DNA of 64,000 bases from assembly GCA_977030845.1 (NCBI GenBank), contig OZ365109.1, positions 57,164,001 through 57,228,000 on the forward strand, read 5' to 3'. The DNA comes from Fimbriosthenelais zetlandica. Taxonomy: Eukaryota. The notes beneath the pieces are model-generated. The model did no database searches and was not told the origin of the DNA. It saw only the letters and a list, made by a program, of their open reading frames with translations. Below, piece by piece: positions 25,901 to 37,900 of this stretch. The stretch's first letter is position 1, and the number at the start of each line of letters is the position of its first letter. Both the position numbers and the translations under genes were made by a program.

Positions 25901-28900
25901 CTTTCCTTGCAGATGTAATCACCTCACTGCATTTGGCACGCAGTTGTCGCTCATCCCAAATGATTTGAGGTTTGACATGAATACAGATGAATTTTTTGAG
26001 TAAGTATATGATCCGTTATCATAGAATTCCTTTAACACTTGATATATATATAATTGGAATGACGTCGATTACTTGATCTTGGCTTGTTGATATCTTTTAA
26101 GACATATACCTTGTAATAATGTCCTTAGGCCATTGAGCATGCTGTCAAACATTGACAGCGGAACACCAATTTAACATCCATTAGCCTAGATCTAATTGAC
26201 ACCGATGGCTACTGTCAGTCTGATTGTCAATTTCGTAACGAGGAAACATAAACAGAGACCTAACAAATTGGACCAGATCCTCTGGGAGAAAGCACCGCTA
26301 ATTTCCTTTTCTTTTTTTCTTTTTTTCCTTGACAACAGCCTGAATGAGAACCCTGTGATTGTTTCCTTGGTGATGTGTGTCTTCGCGCTCTACTTCATCC
26401 TTCTGGCTTTCTGCGTCATGGCGGACAAGCACGATGAGAAAAAAGGTGCCATCGTCCATCTACTTGACAACTCCACCCATCATAAACATGCTTACGTCAT
26501 CACTTTGGAGACGGGTATGCGACGTAGTGCAGGAACGACGGCCAAGGTGAGCTTCGTCCTGCACGGAGAGGAAGGCATGTCAGAGACGCGAGAGCTCATC
26601 AGTGAACTGGGTCAGCCTCTCTTCGAACGCAACTCTCGCGACACATTCATCATGACGTAAGTTAGACGCTGTGCCTTGATCAAATTAACTCCTTTGTGGC
26701 ACACATTGGGCTCTTAATGGAAAGTGTTCGGGGATGGGGGAACAAGATGGAAATAGAACACGCTTCCCAGCACACGCTGATGCCACGGTTTGAGAACTGC
26801 ATCGGGAATAAAATGATTTTGATTAAAGATTGGTGTTATTGAGGTGGAAACTTGAATAGGGACGCTATCATCCAGGTGACAGGGGCTTATTGGGCGATAA
26901 TATGTGTAATGACAGGTAATTACCACTAACTACATCTGACCTGCCTTAAAGAAATGAGCTTCAGGCCCGGCTAGGTAAAGATATTTCACATTGCTCTAGG
27001 TAATGCCTCACGCCATGGTTACCCTTCAGAAGGGAGTCCATCAAAGTTCTGCACTGGATGCGTTATGAACGATCAATGTCATTACATGAGGGAGGTAGGG
27101 GGAGAGGAGGGAGAGGGGAATTTTAGAGAGTCAGTCAGTGCTGTTTTAATGATATGTTTGCATAACCCTGTCTGCCGCCACAGATAAAGCCGGTGTTTAA
27201 AGGATGGAGTTCTTATTTGTGCTTTGCAGATTGCCCGAACCTTTGGGTCACATATGGAAAGTACAGATCTGGCACAACAACGCTGGGCCTTCACCCGATT
27301 GGTACTTGTCCCGGGTCATCGTGAATGACATACAGAAATGTAAGCACCCCTTCTCACACGATACAGTTGATCTAGTGTTCAGTTAAAAGGGCGGACCTAA
27401 AATAGCGACTATAGAGGATTGATTTTGTTTGGAATCGGCTTACATTGCTGCAGTCTACATATACATATTCCTCTCTGAACCTCAAAATGTTCTGACGATG
27501 ATGTTTACTGGTTTTTTTATATTTCAGCCAAAACATTCTACTTCAGCTGTGAGAAATGGTTTGCAGTTCAGGAAGAAGATGGCAAGGTGGAGAGGGAGAT
27601 AATGTCAGTGGAGTATGGACTAGGTTTTGCCAAGGTACCTACTTCCTTCTTTCTTAAGTCATTCCTTCGATCATACCCGCTGATATTGCTTTAATCCATC
27701 ACACTTTTTGCCTTCCTTTGAAAATGGAGTCAGTGTAATTGTCATTCTCAGTCTTGTTCCCACCATTTTTTATCCATTTCAGACCAACAATTAACATCTA
27801 TTATAATTTTCAATTTCCCTTCACAAATTTACATGGGGCAGATACATCACCCATTCAACATCCAATCCCAGTATTGCATTTTTTTGGCTTTTAATATTTT
27901 AAAAGGCTGCATATTTGTGATGTATTCAGCATTAAAAATACACTCATGGGTTGAGGAAAGCTGTTATGAACAAGAGTGGGTTGAAGGACAATTCAAGGGC
28001 AAATGACAGTATCTTGAAACCTGATAATTGCTTCAAAGCATCCAATAGTGTATGCTGAAATTGTACAGACATGTATGTTGTCGGGGTTATTAGAAACCAA
28101 TATGAATAAAGCATAGAACGTTCATATAAATGGGCAGAATTGTAGGGGGATATGGGAATTAGTTAGGAATTTGAGAAAGCACTTCAAGTAACCTGTACAT
28201 TATAGCCAAATGCCTGTAAAGTGGGTGGAAGCCATTTCCCCTCCGCTCTGCTCTACTGCAGTGCTACCCACAGACAAAGTGGGTTGTCAAGAATCTGAAA
28301 TCCCTCCCTTTTGCAGTGCTTTTCAATTATACATAGCTGCTGAAAAACTATGTTTTATAGGCAACATTGAGAAGCCATATTGTTTTAATATTGTCCTTAA
28401 AATGACGTCATGACCTTCACCTTCCACTTTTTTTGCATTTGGCTTTAAAATCTTTCGATACACCTTGAGGTCATGGTGCTATTCACTATTCTTTTCATCA
28501 CTGAAATTGGGAAGTTGGAGATTGGCAATCCATTTTGCTTTTGAGTGCCCTACCACTTCCTGTCCAAGCTTTCCTACATTGATGTATGCTTTCCTTTATT
28601 GCTTTAGGTTCTCTGGGCTAAAGGCACGCAGTACCTGACAGACTACCACCTGTGGTTCTCCATGCTGTCTCGCCCTTCCTACAGTCGCTTTACCCGGGCT
28701 CAGAGACTCACATGTTGTCTGGCTCTCATCTTTTCCTACATGGCTGTCAATGCGGCCTGGTACCGTCAGAGTGATCCAGAATATAGAGGTGAAGTGGGTC
28801 TCATTGACCTCTCGTGGCGCGCTGTGGCTGTGGGTGCCATAACTTCCCTGCTCGTACTTCCGGTCAACCTTCTCCTCGTCATCATATTCCGCCGCAGCAA

Positions 28901-31900
28901 GGTCAGTGACCGTACATGCCTGTTCTAAACCTCCCATGATCAGAGAAATATACGAAGCTAATTACGAGCAGCCTAATGATGATTACACCACCATAATATT
29001 GATCTTTTCCTCGTCATTTTTCGATGAGTGAATATGGAACAGGGGCGAGGTGGCGGTTGATGCCGCCCGTTTATAGAGAAAGTTCAGTATGTTTATGACT
29101 GTGGAGCATATGTGTACATTACCAGAATCATCCCCTGTACAGGGCCTCTGTAGGGAAAAAAAATCTATTAAAAATCCCACTCGGCTTAAGTAGGCGATGT
29201 CACGAACCAGATCAATGCGCTGAGCTAAATCAGTGCCGAGTTTCTCGTGCCTGCTATGCGAGTCCCCCTTCTCCAGTCTTATACATAAATAGTCTTCTAA
29301 CAACTGCCCTGTGCATTACAGATAAAGAAAGTGTGCATCGAGGAACCTCCTGAGAAGTATTACACGGGGAAACGGGACAGCATAGCCTCCCTCGACTCCA
29401 CTGTACGTCTACTTCAGCCCGCGGCTACTCCATCTATTTTTGACCAATCAATGATCAACTGGGCTTCACTGCAGGACTGGGCACAGAGACAGTGGACTAA
29501 AAGGTATCAGCAGGAGGACAGAGAAGAAGGTCAGGACATGAATAAGCATACCCCGCAACCGATGACCTTCCGCGGCAAACATGGCGTGCAAGGTACTACC
29601 CACATTTTGATCATACCATTGGGTATTCAACCTCTTCTCCGCCTCAGGCATTCAAGTCAATAGTGATACTCTTACCCCTGTTGCATTTTCACAGCGTGGC
29701 TTCTACAGCATATCAAAAGGCATTAAAAGCACCTTGGAGACAAAATGAAGTTGGCCCAATTTTCTTTGTGCAGAATACATTGTGTTTCCTCCAAATCTTA
29801 TCGGAGATCTTAACTCCTTGATATCCCCATGCATTTGGTCTTCAACCAGTCTTAAATTTCCAGAAGTAAATTAAATTTAGTCTTTATCAGAAAATTGTCT
29901 GAAAAATCCTCTAGTATTGCCTGACAATGCACAGAAAGCCTTTTAGAGGAAAAAGATCTGGCAAGAAGAAAGTTGGTTAAAGAAAAATGCATGCTTAATC
30001 ATCATTAATTTTCCATGATTCATCTGGAAATTCATGGATTGGTTGTTTTTTGAATTAAGAGGGAAATTGTTCTTTTCAGAGTGTGAAACTGATCAGACAT
30101 CGAGTGGCATTGAGGATTGCATTGTGCATGAGAGGATGATTGAGGCTGGAGAGGGTAACACGCTACCATTACACCAACAACCAGTGCTGCCCTCTACCAT
30201 CCTCAGACTGCAGTCAATCAACTCAGAGCAGCTCAGTCGTAACAACAGTCAGAGATCGAGTGAAGATAGCGAATTCCGCTGGCAACAAGAACTAGACCGA
30301 TGTAAGACAATCCTTTCCTTCTACTGTCAAACTGTTCAACCGGCAGGTGTTAAGTTTAAAAGAATTTAGAGTTAATAGGTGTTTGAGCAGCCGATACTGC
30401 TATAACATTACACTTGATATTTGAGGGTGTGATATTCTGATTACGGTGATTAGAATGATTAGTAACGGGAGCAAAAAAAACAGAATAGACTTCAGTGGGT
30501 ATGTTTTGAGGTTGCTAAAGAGGAAGAAATAGCTGCACCTATCAATAACTCAGTGAAGTAGATATAGAAGGAAACTTCCATGCAATATCTTAATATCGGT
30601 CAATATCTCTAAAACGATGTATCATACAGTCCTTCTAAGATTCATATGAAAGTAATTTCAAATGAATGTAATTTTATGGGATAGACTTTTTGCTGTATTG
30701 TAAAACTGTCCCCCTCCCTAAATAGCTCTAGTGACGAAATCAAAATCAGTCTATTTGAGTATATTAAGCAACTTTTTCCAGGGACGTAGAGATTTAATTG
30801 AAACTCAATATTATCTTACCTCATTAGGTGTTCTCGATGCCATTCGCTCACGCAAGTCTGAGAGATGCTTCCTGCCGTACTGGTTCCGTTATGTGGCCTG
30901 GGTGCTGGCAGCCATCATTATCATAGGCTGCTCTGTTATTACCGTCCTCTATGGATTTACGTGAGTTTCTATGTATTCTATTCATTCACCAGAAAGTTGA
31001 AGACTCCACAATAATATACCTCATCTTCCTACATTTTACTGCCTCTCGAATTCCCCTGTTTGAAAAGAAATGTGTCGCTCTGATGAATCTGGAATCTTTT
31101 AAACTTTAAGCTTGAAGAATTGATCTAAATTCTCTCATTCCCATCCCGAATCAACCAAAAATGACAGAATCTGTTAAAAGTGTAACGTGAATTATCAAAT
31201 ATATCAATGAGTATTACCTTAAGATGATTTATTGAAGCGGATGAGAAGTGAAAGACTGTAAAATGTGATTATTTTGATACAAGATTTATGTGTTGTCACC
31301 GGGGAATTACTCGCCATAGGAACACCAACGGGCATCTTAATAAAATTACTTTGTAGTCTTCAGTCGGGGGAATTTATTTTAGAAGGCTTTCATATTTGAT
31401 GGATGGGAATATAATTGAGCCTTTCCTATTAGAAGTAGTTCCCACATTTTTCAAGTTTTCAAGTTCCCATCATTATTGACTCTGGTACTTTCACGGGGCA
31501 TGCCTCTTTATAAAGAATCTCCATGCATTACATGCTATGCAGCTTGAGAGAACATGTGAAACTATTGATAATTCATCATCTCTTATCGATCTTGCTTTCA
31601 GATTTGGGAAAGCTAAGAGCATCGCATGGCTGCAATCGCTTTTCTTCAGTTTCCTTCAATGTGTATTCATCACGCACCCAGTGGTGGTAAGTTTAGTTAC
31701 CTTTCTCAAATTAATATTTAATTACCTCTCTGAGAATTCCACCATTCACTAGCATTGATTCTATTGATGTTAAATGCAGTTGCTGTCACTCTAGATCTAA
31801 GGCTTTTCTCCTTTCACTCTCCTCCCTTGGGCATAATGGCTTCAATGTTAATTCCCCCTAGCTGAAATCCAAGAGTATTTACTCCCCAAATCTGGGATTT

Positions 31901-34900
31901 GTATGTTATCCCCGGCTCTTCAATCCTTGTTAAATCTCTTTGAGATTCCCAAAGCTATCTGCAAAGGTTTAAATCTGTGAGACAATGCCAGATGTCAGGG
32001 ATAAAATTTCCCAAAGCTCTCCAAAGTGGCAACATGATTAGACCAGATCTGATGCCAATTTTGGGCCCACAATTCCCAATGATCAATTCAATTTGCTAAA
32101 ATAAAGTTAATTACATTTTGATCCTGCCTCTGGGTAGGTGGATTTCCAGCTTAGTTTGGGAGATAATACATTGCCTTAAAACTCATTTGCGTTTTTGAAG
32201 ATATTTAACCATCATGGCGCTTGCAATGTTTTAAATTTTAGTGTTTCTCTTTTTGTAGGTACTGGCGATTTCAGTCTATACGGCCATTAAATACCGTAAT
32301 GACTTGTCTATTTTTGATCATCATGACGATGGCATTATTGAACAGAGGACGCAGGCCATGATTAAGGCTCGCCTGCCTAAACCAGAAAACGACAAAGATG
32401 TGGATCTAGCCAAGGTAAAGCCTGCCCATCCTGTGATCATTTCATCAATGTCATTAAAAGCTGAATATCTCGAATGTCCTAAAAGCCTTTGGGGTGTGTC
32501 TGCTCTGGGATTCCTCCAGATATATGATGATAGCACATCATGGAAATACTTGCATTTACTGCCGGCATTGTACATGTACATATCACTTACATCGGTCTAC
32601 TATACCTGTTAGGGTTAATCTTGTTTCATCATACACATCAGATCTTGCACATTTTACCCAGGTTCTTCAAAAATTATATCTTATTTCCATAAACTCTTTT
32701 CATATATTATGCATCAAGGTTGAACATTTTTTATATCACCCCATAGGATCGATATTATTTTGTTGATGCACATTCATCCATTAGAGTAGAAAGAACATTG
32801 AATGTACAATCGTGGTACATTTGCAGCAAAAATCTGAATCTTGAACTTGCATCTGAATTGGTACATTTCTCCCCAACAAAACATTTGTATAATATAAGAG
32901 GTTAATATTTCTTAAAGTTATTGTATTTACTGAACTTGTGCAGTTACGAAGGTAATGGCTATATTGTCTGTTGGAGACTACTGCAATCTTAGGTTGTGTA
33001 TAGTGAGATATAAAAGTGTTACAAGGATGCGTTATGTATTGTTTATAGGGAATTGCTGAAAGACAGCGATCACGATATCTCCGCTGTGCCAGACCGCCTC
33101 AGGAAAAACAACTGATAGAGGCGAGAAAAAAGATCATGAAAGAGAAGAAAGCCAAATCCTTACTGAGGTTAGTCATCATCTGTGTATGCATTACAATACA
33201 TCAACTCATCTATACATCTCTTCTATGTTATCCCCTTACAATGCCATTGAACAGTTACTTCACATTTCTGTCCTTCAAATGATCTTAAATCATATCTTAC
33301 TTTCATGTTTTGAATGTTTTATCTTTTTCGGAGTGTTTTGGTCTAGGGTGTAAATCCACCCAGTGCATTAACTGGCAGTTCACTTGATTTATGGTACTTG
33401 TGTTTATGGTCGTGTCTGTGATCGTTTGAATGTTGGGTTATTTTATCGGTTTGCCTGTTTTCTTGCAGTGATAGTCTGAGTGCTGCTATACTCATATTTC
33501 TACTGATATTTGTGGCTTATACCAAAAGCAACACTACTCCTTACCGATTGAACTCGGTACTCAAAGATATCCTTACCAAGTAAGTATTCATTTCTGGCTC
33601 TTGTATTCATTCATCCATTCATCCATTTAGCCTTTCTTAAATCTTTCTCATAACCGTTTTTTGTTCCTTCCTTTCTTTCCTTTATATTCTTTTATATTTT
33701 ATATTCAATCATTGTTTATGGCATCTATCCATCTATTCATACTTAATTCAGACAATGCTCATTTGTTAACTGATTAATTTAACTCATTCATTCAATCATT
33801 CAGAGTGTCTCATTCATTCAATACGTCATTGATTCATTCTTGAATTCACTCAAATTTTCAAACTTAATTTCCCTGAAAAAGTTTTGAATCCGAAAGTACT
33901 GTTGTATCATATTTCCACGTCTGGCTGGAAATACACCGTTTTAAAATGTCAAAGCGGCGATGAAATTCAATGCCTGGAAACTTATTAACAGTTTACCACT
34001 AAGGCAGGGGTTTGAAATTCCATCTCCAGGAGAATTTAAAATCACTACGCATGAATTAACTGAATGGAGTTCATTATTGCCAGAGTCAATTATTAATTAC
34101 CATGTAGCGCCTTCCCATAACCCGTGGTAATGATAAGTTTTTCAGCTCAGTAATATAAGTTATTATAATCAGAACTCGCTGAGCTTTTTTAAATGAATGC
34201 TCATCAAATACTTTTATATGCCTATCTCTGATTATCCACGATTGTGACGAGTATTTCTTGGGCCATTATTTATGTTGGGAATTCTTATTAACTCGGCAAT
34301 CATCAGCGAGGCAGCCAAACGAGAACTGTAAATACTTTTTTGCATTGAAGGATGACAGATAAAACGGGAGGGAAATTGATTTTGAAATTGGGTTTGTGAG
34401 TTCATGATTTGTCGCAGAATTAAAGCAAAACATTCTTATTCAGACCTTAAACACATTTGAGCACGACTGGTAATTACCTGTGTTTTTTCCTGCTTGCCTC
34501 CAGGTCCGGTAGTCAGCCATTTGTGTCCATACAGAGAATAGATGAATGGTATAAATGGTCGCAGACGGACCTCCTCGATGCTCTCTATTGGGAGACTTGG
34601 TATAATGGGCAACCTACAGGCAATGAAAAGGTAACTAGAAAACGTTTATTCATGCAGCCAAATTGCTCCCGTGCAGGCAAACCTCAGATTTTAGTATCTG
34701 TACAATTTCTGGATATATTTATTGAAAGTATAAAGATAGATAAATGTAACGATTTTTAAGATATTTTGTATCGAAAGACGGGAGATGTTCACAGAAAAGG
34801 TGTTTAAATATCTTATTTTCCTCTTCAGTTTTTAGATGAAATTTGTTCTTTTAAACCTTTTTCTTTTCAATTTTGACAAGAAAATCTTTCTTTCAGGGAT

Positions 34901-37900
34901 ATGTTGGTAACAGTGCTATAATCGGGAGCGTCTCACTCCGCCAGCTCCGAGTTTTACCTGAGAGATGTCGTACATCTGACCTCTACCACATCACCACCGT
35001 GTGTCGACCACACTACCAATACGGTAACCACGACGTCCAGCCTTACGGCATTAACGGAACGTGGAAGTTCTACGAATCTCCTCTGACTAGAGCTACCGGC
35101 TTCAGTGGTAGGCACGCCCATTATGATGGCAGCGGCTACCGGCTGATACTACCATCTACTAGGTGAGAAACTAGATGCTTTGATTTTGTTTATACTGATC
35201 AATCAATAAAATAAACATTAAAATAGGGACCTTTTCTATAGTGAGGGGTTGGGAGTCAATATGCAAGGGAGCTGTGACACTCCAGAAACTACTCATAATC
35301 CATATGATTTCACTTGCCACCCACTTGAAATTAATTTCAGAATCGACCTTTAATGCGACATACTAAAATTTAATTATATGTCTTGTAGGAAAGAAGCTTA
35401 TAAATCCATGAAGAGCCTGGAAGCTGGGAAGTGGATTGATCTGAATACTCGTGGTATCGTCATTGAATTCACACTATTCAATGCTCCAACTAATATATTC
35501 ACGTAAGTTCCTACAGTTTTAATCTGTTTCTTATCATATTTAGAATGGTCTTCAGAGTGAAATCAATGTAATATTGGAGACAAAAGTGACTGATTGAGCT
35601 TCATTTTATGAATTTCTGGCGCTTTTTCCAGATCTGTCAGTTTGCTGATGGAGGTCCCACCAACTGGAGGACCGAGTACCATGTGTAGAATCAAGTCTGT
35701 CTACCTCTTCAAATACACCACCGACTTTGACAACTTTGTCCTTGCTTGCGAGGTAAATAATACGGTAGATATATACGAAGATATATATTTAGAAACCCAC
35801 TCAAAAATAATTGTTTCATTTCTTCAGTTTATTAAGTGATTCTTGACATCTCTCCCTAACAGCTCCTGCTGATGGTTGTCACCCTATACAAGTTACATTG
35901 TGAAATAGGAGAACTGGCCTGGCTTAAAAAGAATTACTTCAAGAACCCGTGGAACACCATCGAAGCGGCTGTACTCATATTGTTGCTGGCCTATATAAGT
36001 TGCTACATCTACCGTTTTGTGCTTGTCCATGAAGTGGTAGAACTCATGAGGTCCACATACCATGAAGAATTTGTCGACATCTCATATGTGGCTTACTGGG
36101 ATGAGGTACGTATCGTGTTTTTTCTCATATTTTACAGACAAATATTCGTGTATGCTCATATTATGGCTTGAACACGATTTGAGTATCATATGCCGTGTAT
36201 TCAGCAAAAAAATTTTAGTTTAGTTCAGAATCAGATTAGCTCGTGTCTAGTACATATCCGTCAATCTCCTCCAGATTGGGCCTAGTCTCCCCAAGATTTG
36301 CTCCAGTCTCCTGGGGATTGGATTGTATCTGTCTCATACATATATGTAAGCTGCATTCTCCTGCAGTTTGGGTTTAGTCTTCCATAGACAACGCACGGCA
36401 TGGGACCCAGTCGGTGTATTCACCCTGTTAGGTGACTAATAGAAAGAGACATTTAATAATTCATTGTAACTTTACCTTAATTACAGATCCTCAGAGCATT
36501 CCTGGGTTTTATTATTCTCCTGACGCTTGTTAAATCACTCAGGCTTCTTCGCAATCGTAAAGTCTTCTCCAAAATTGGAGGCGTGTATCGCAAGGCCGGT
36601 ATGGAAATTCTCTGTCTGGGTGTAAGTATACATCATGAAATGATGCAATCATTCTCTAGCCCGAATCTCCCTGGGATTCATATCCAATGCATTAATCACC
36701 ATGTCACTCTATTAAGTCTTAAATAAATTAATACCTCTTTGGTGAATTACTTCATGAAGCCCATGTTAACACCTGAGGTTTGAGCATTTTAATTAGTAAG
36801 GGCTTTGCTCATGTTTAATTTAATATTAATGTCTATACTTCTATGGCTCTTTCAGTGTATTATGGCTATCTGGCTTGGGGCGTACACCTGTCTAGGCTAT
36901 GCTTTGTTTGGAGCAGTGAGTCACAACTTTAGTCGAGTGGGCAGTGCTTTGACCACCGTGGTAGCCCTACTGACAGGTCAAGTGGATATGGGGGAAGCAG
37001 CTCTAACTGACCGTATCGGTTCACAGATATTCCTCATCAGTTTCCTCATCTTCGCTATTGGCTCCCTCACAGCCTATGTAAGTTATATATCGCAGATTTT
37101 TATTAAATTATTTTAAAAATGATTTAAAAGAAATGGGTCAAATGTTCCAGTTACCGCAGTTTAGGAACATAAATACGAACCACTTTTTATTTTTTGGTAA
37201 TTACATTTTTTTTAACCGAACCTAAATTCATTAACCTCCTGCCAGCGAGTAAATGGAAGAGGTTTTTAACTTCATTGAGAAGTGGCTACTTTTTCATCAT
37301 TAAGTAATTAAAGGGCGGCTCGTGTTTCAGGTTACACCTTCGGTAATTCTATGAATGATTTAATGAACAGGTAACGTGAGAATTGTGTGGTTTTTCAGAT
37401 TGTGGCTGTTCTCACCTTCCAATATCGGGTATATAGAGATGAAGGCCTACCCTCGTTAACCACTGTGGAATCGTTTAGGTACTTCTGGAATAATGCTGTA
37501 GAGATCACCGGTCTAGGAAAGAAACCATCTGAAGAAGACGAAGAACAGGAGAATAAATTACGATCCGTGAGTTTGTAATTCAATCTTACATTGTTTTATA
37601 TCGGCTCAATACGATGTTTGTCAAATGTTTTAGAGATTTCTATAAACATTTTTAAAATAATGCAACAGTAATATTTTAGTATTGAAATGTTTTTTTAGAT
37701 ATCCATGATGGCATACTAGTAGTATTATGTATGATCATTTCAAATGAATTCAGAAATGTAGGATACAAATCTTGTAATATTGAGGCGCTACATCGAAAGT
37801 TTAACGCACAAAGTAGCGCAATGTAACTAACAACAAAAATACTCATATATTGAAACCAATCTCCAAACGAAATACTTTCTTGCCAGCATATGAATAATTT

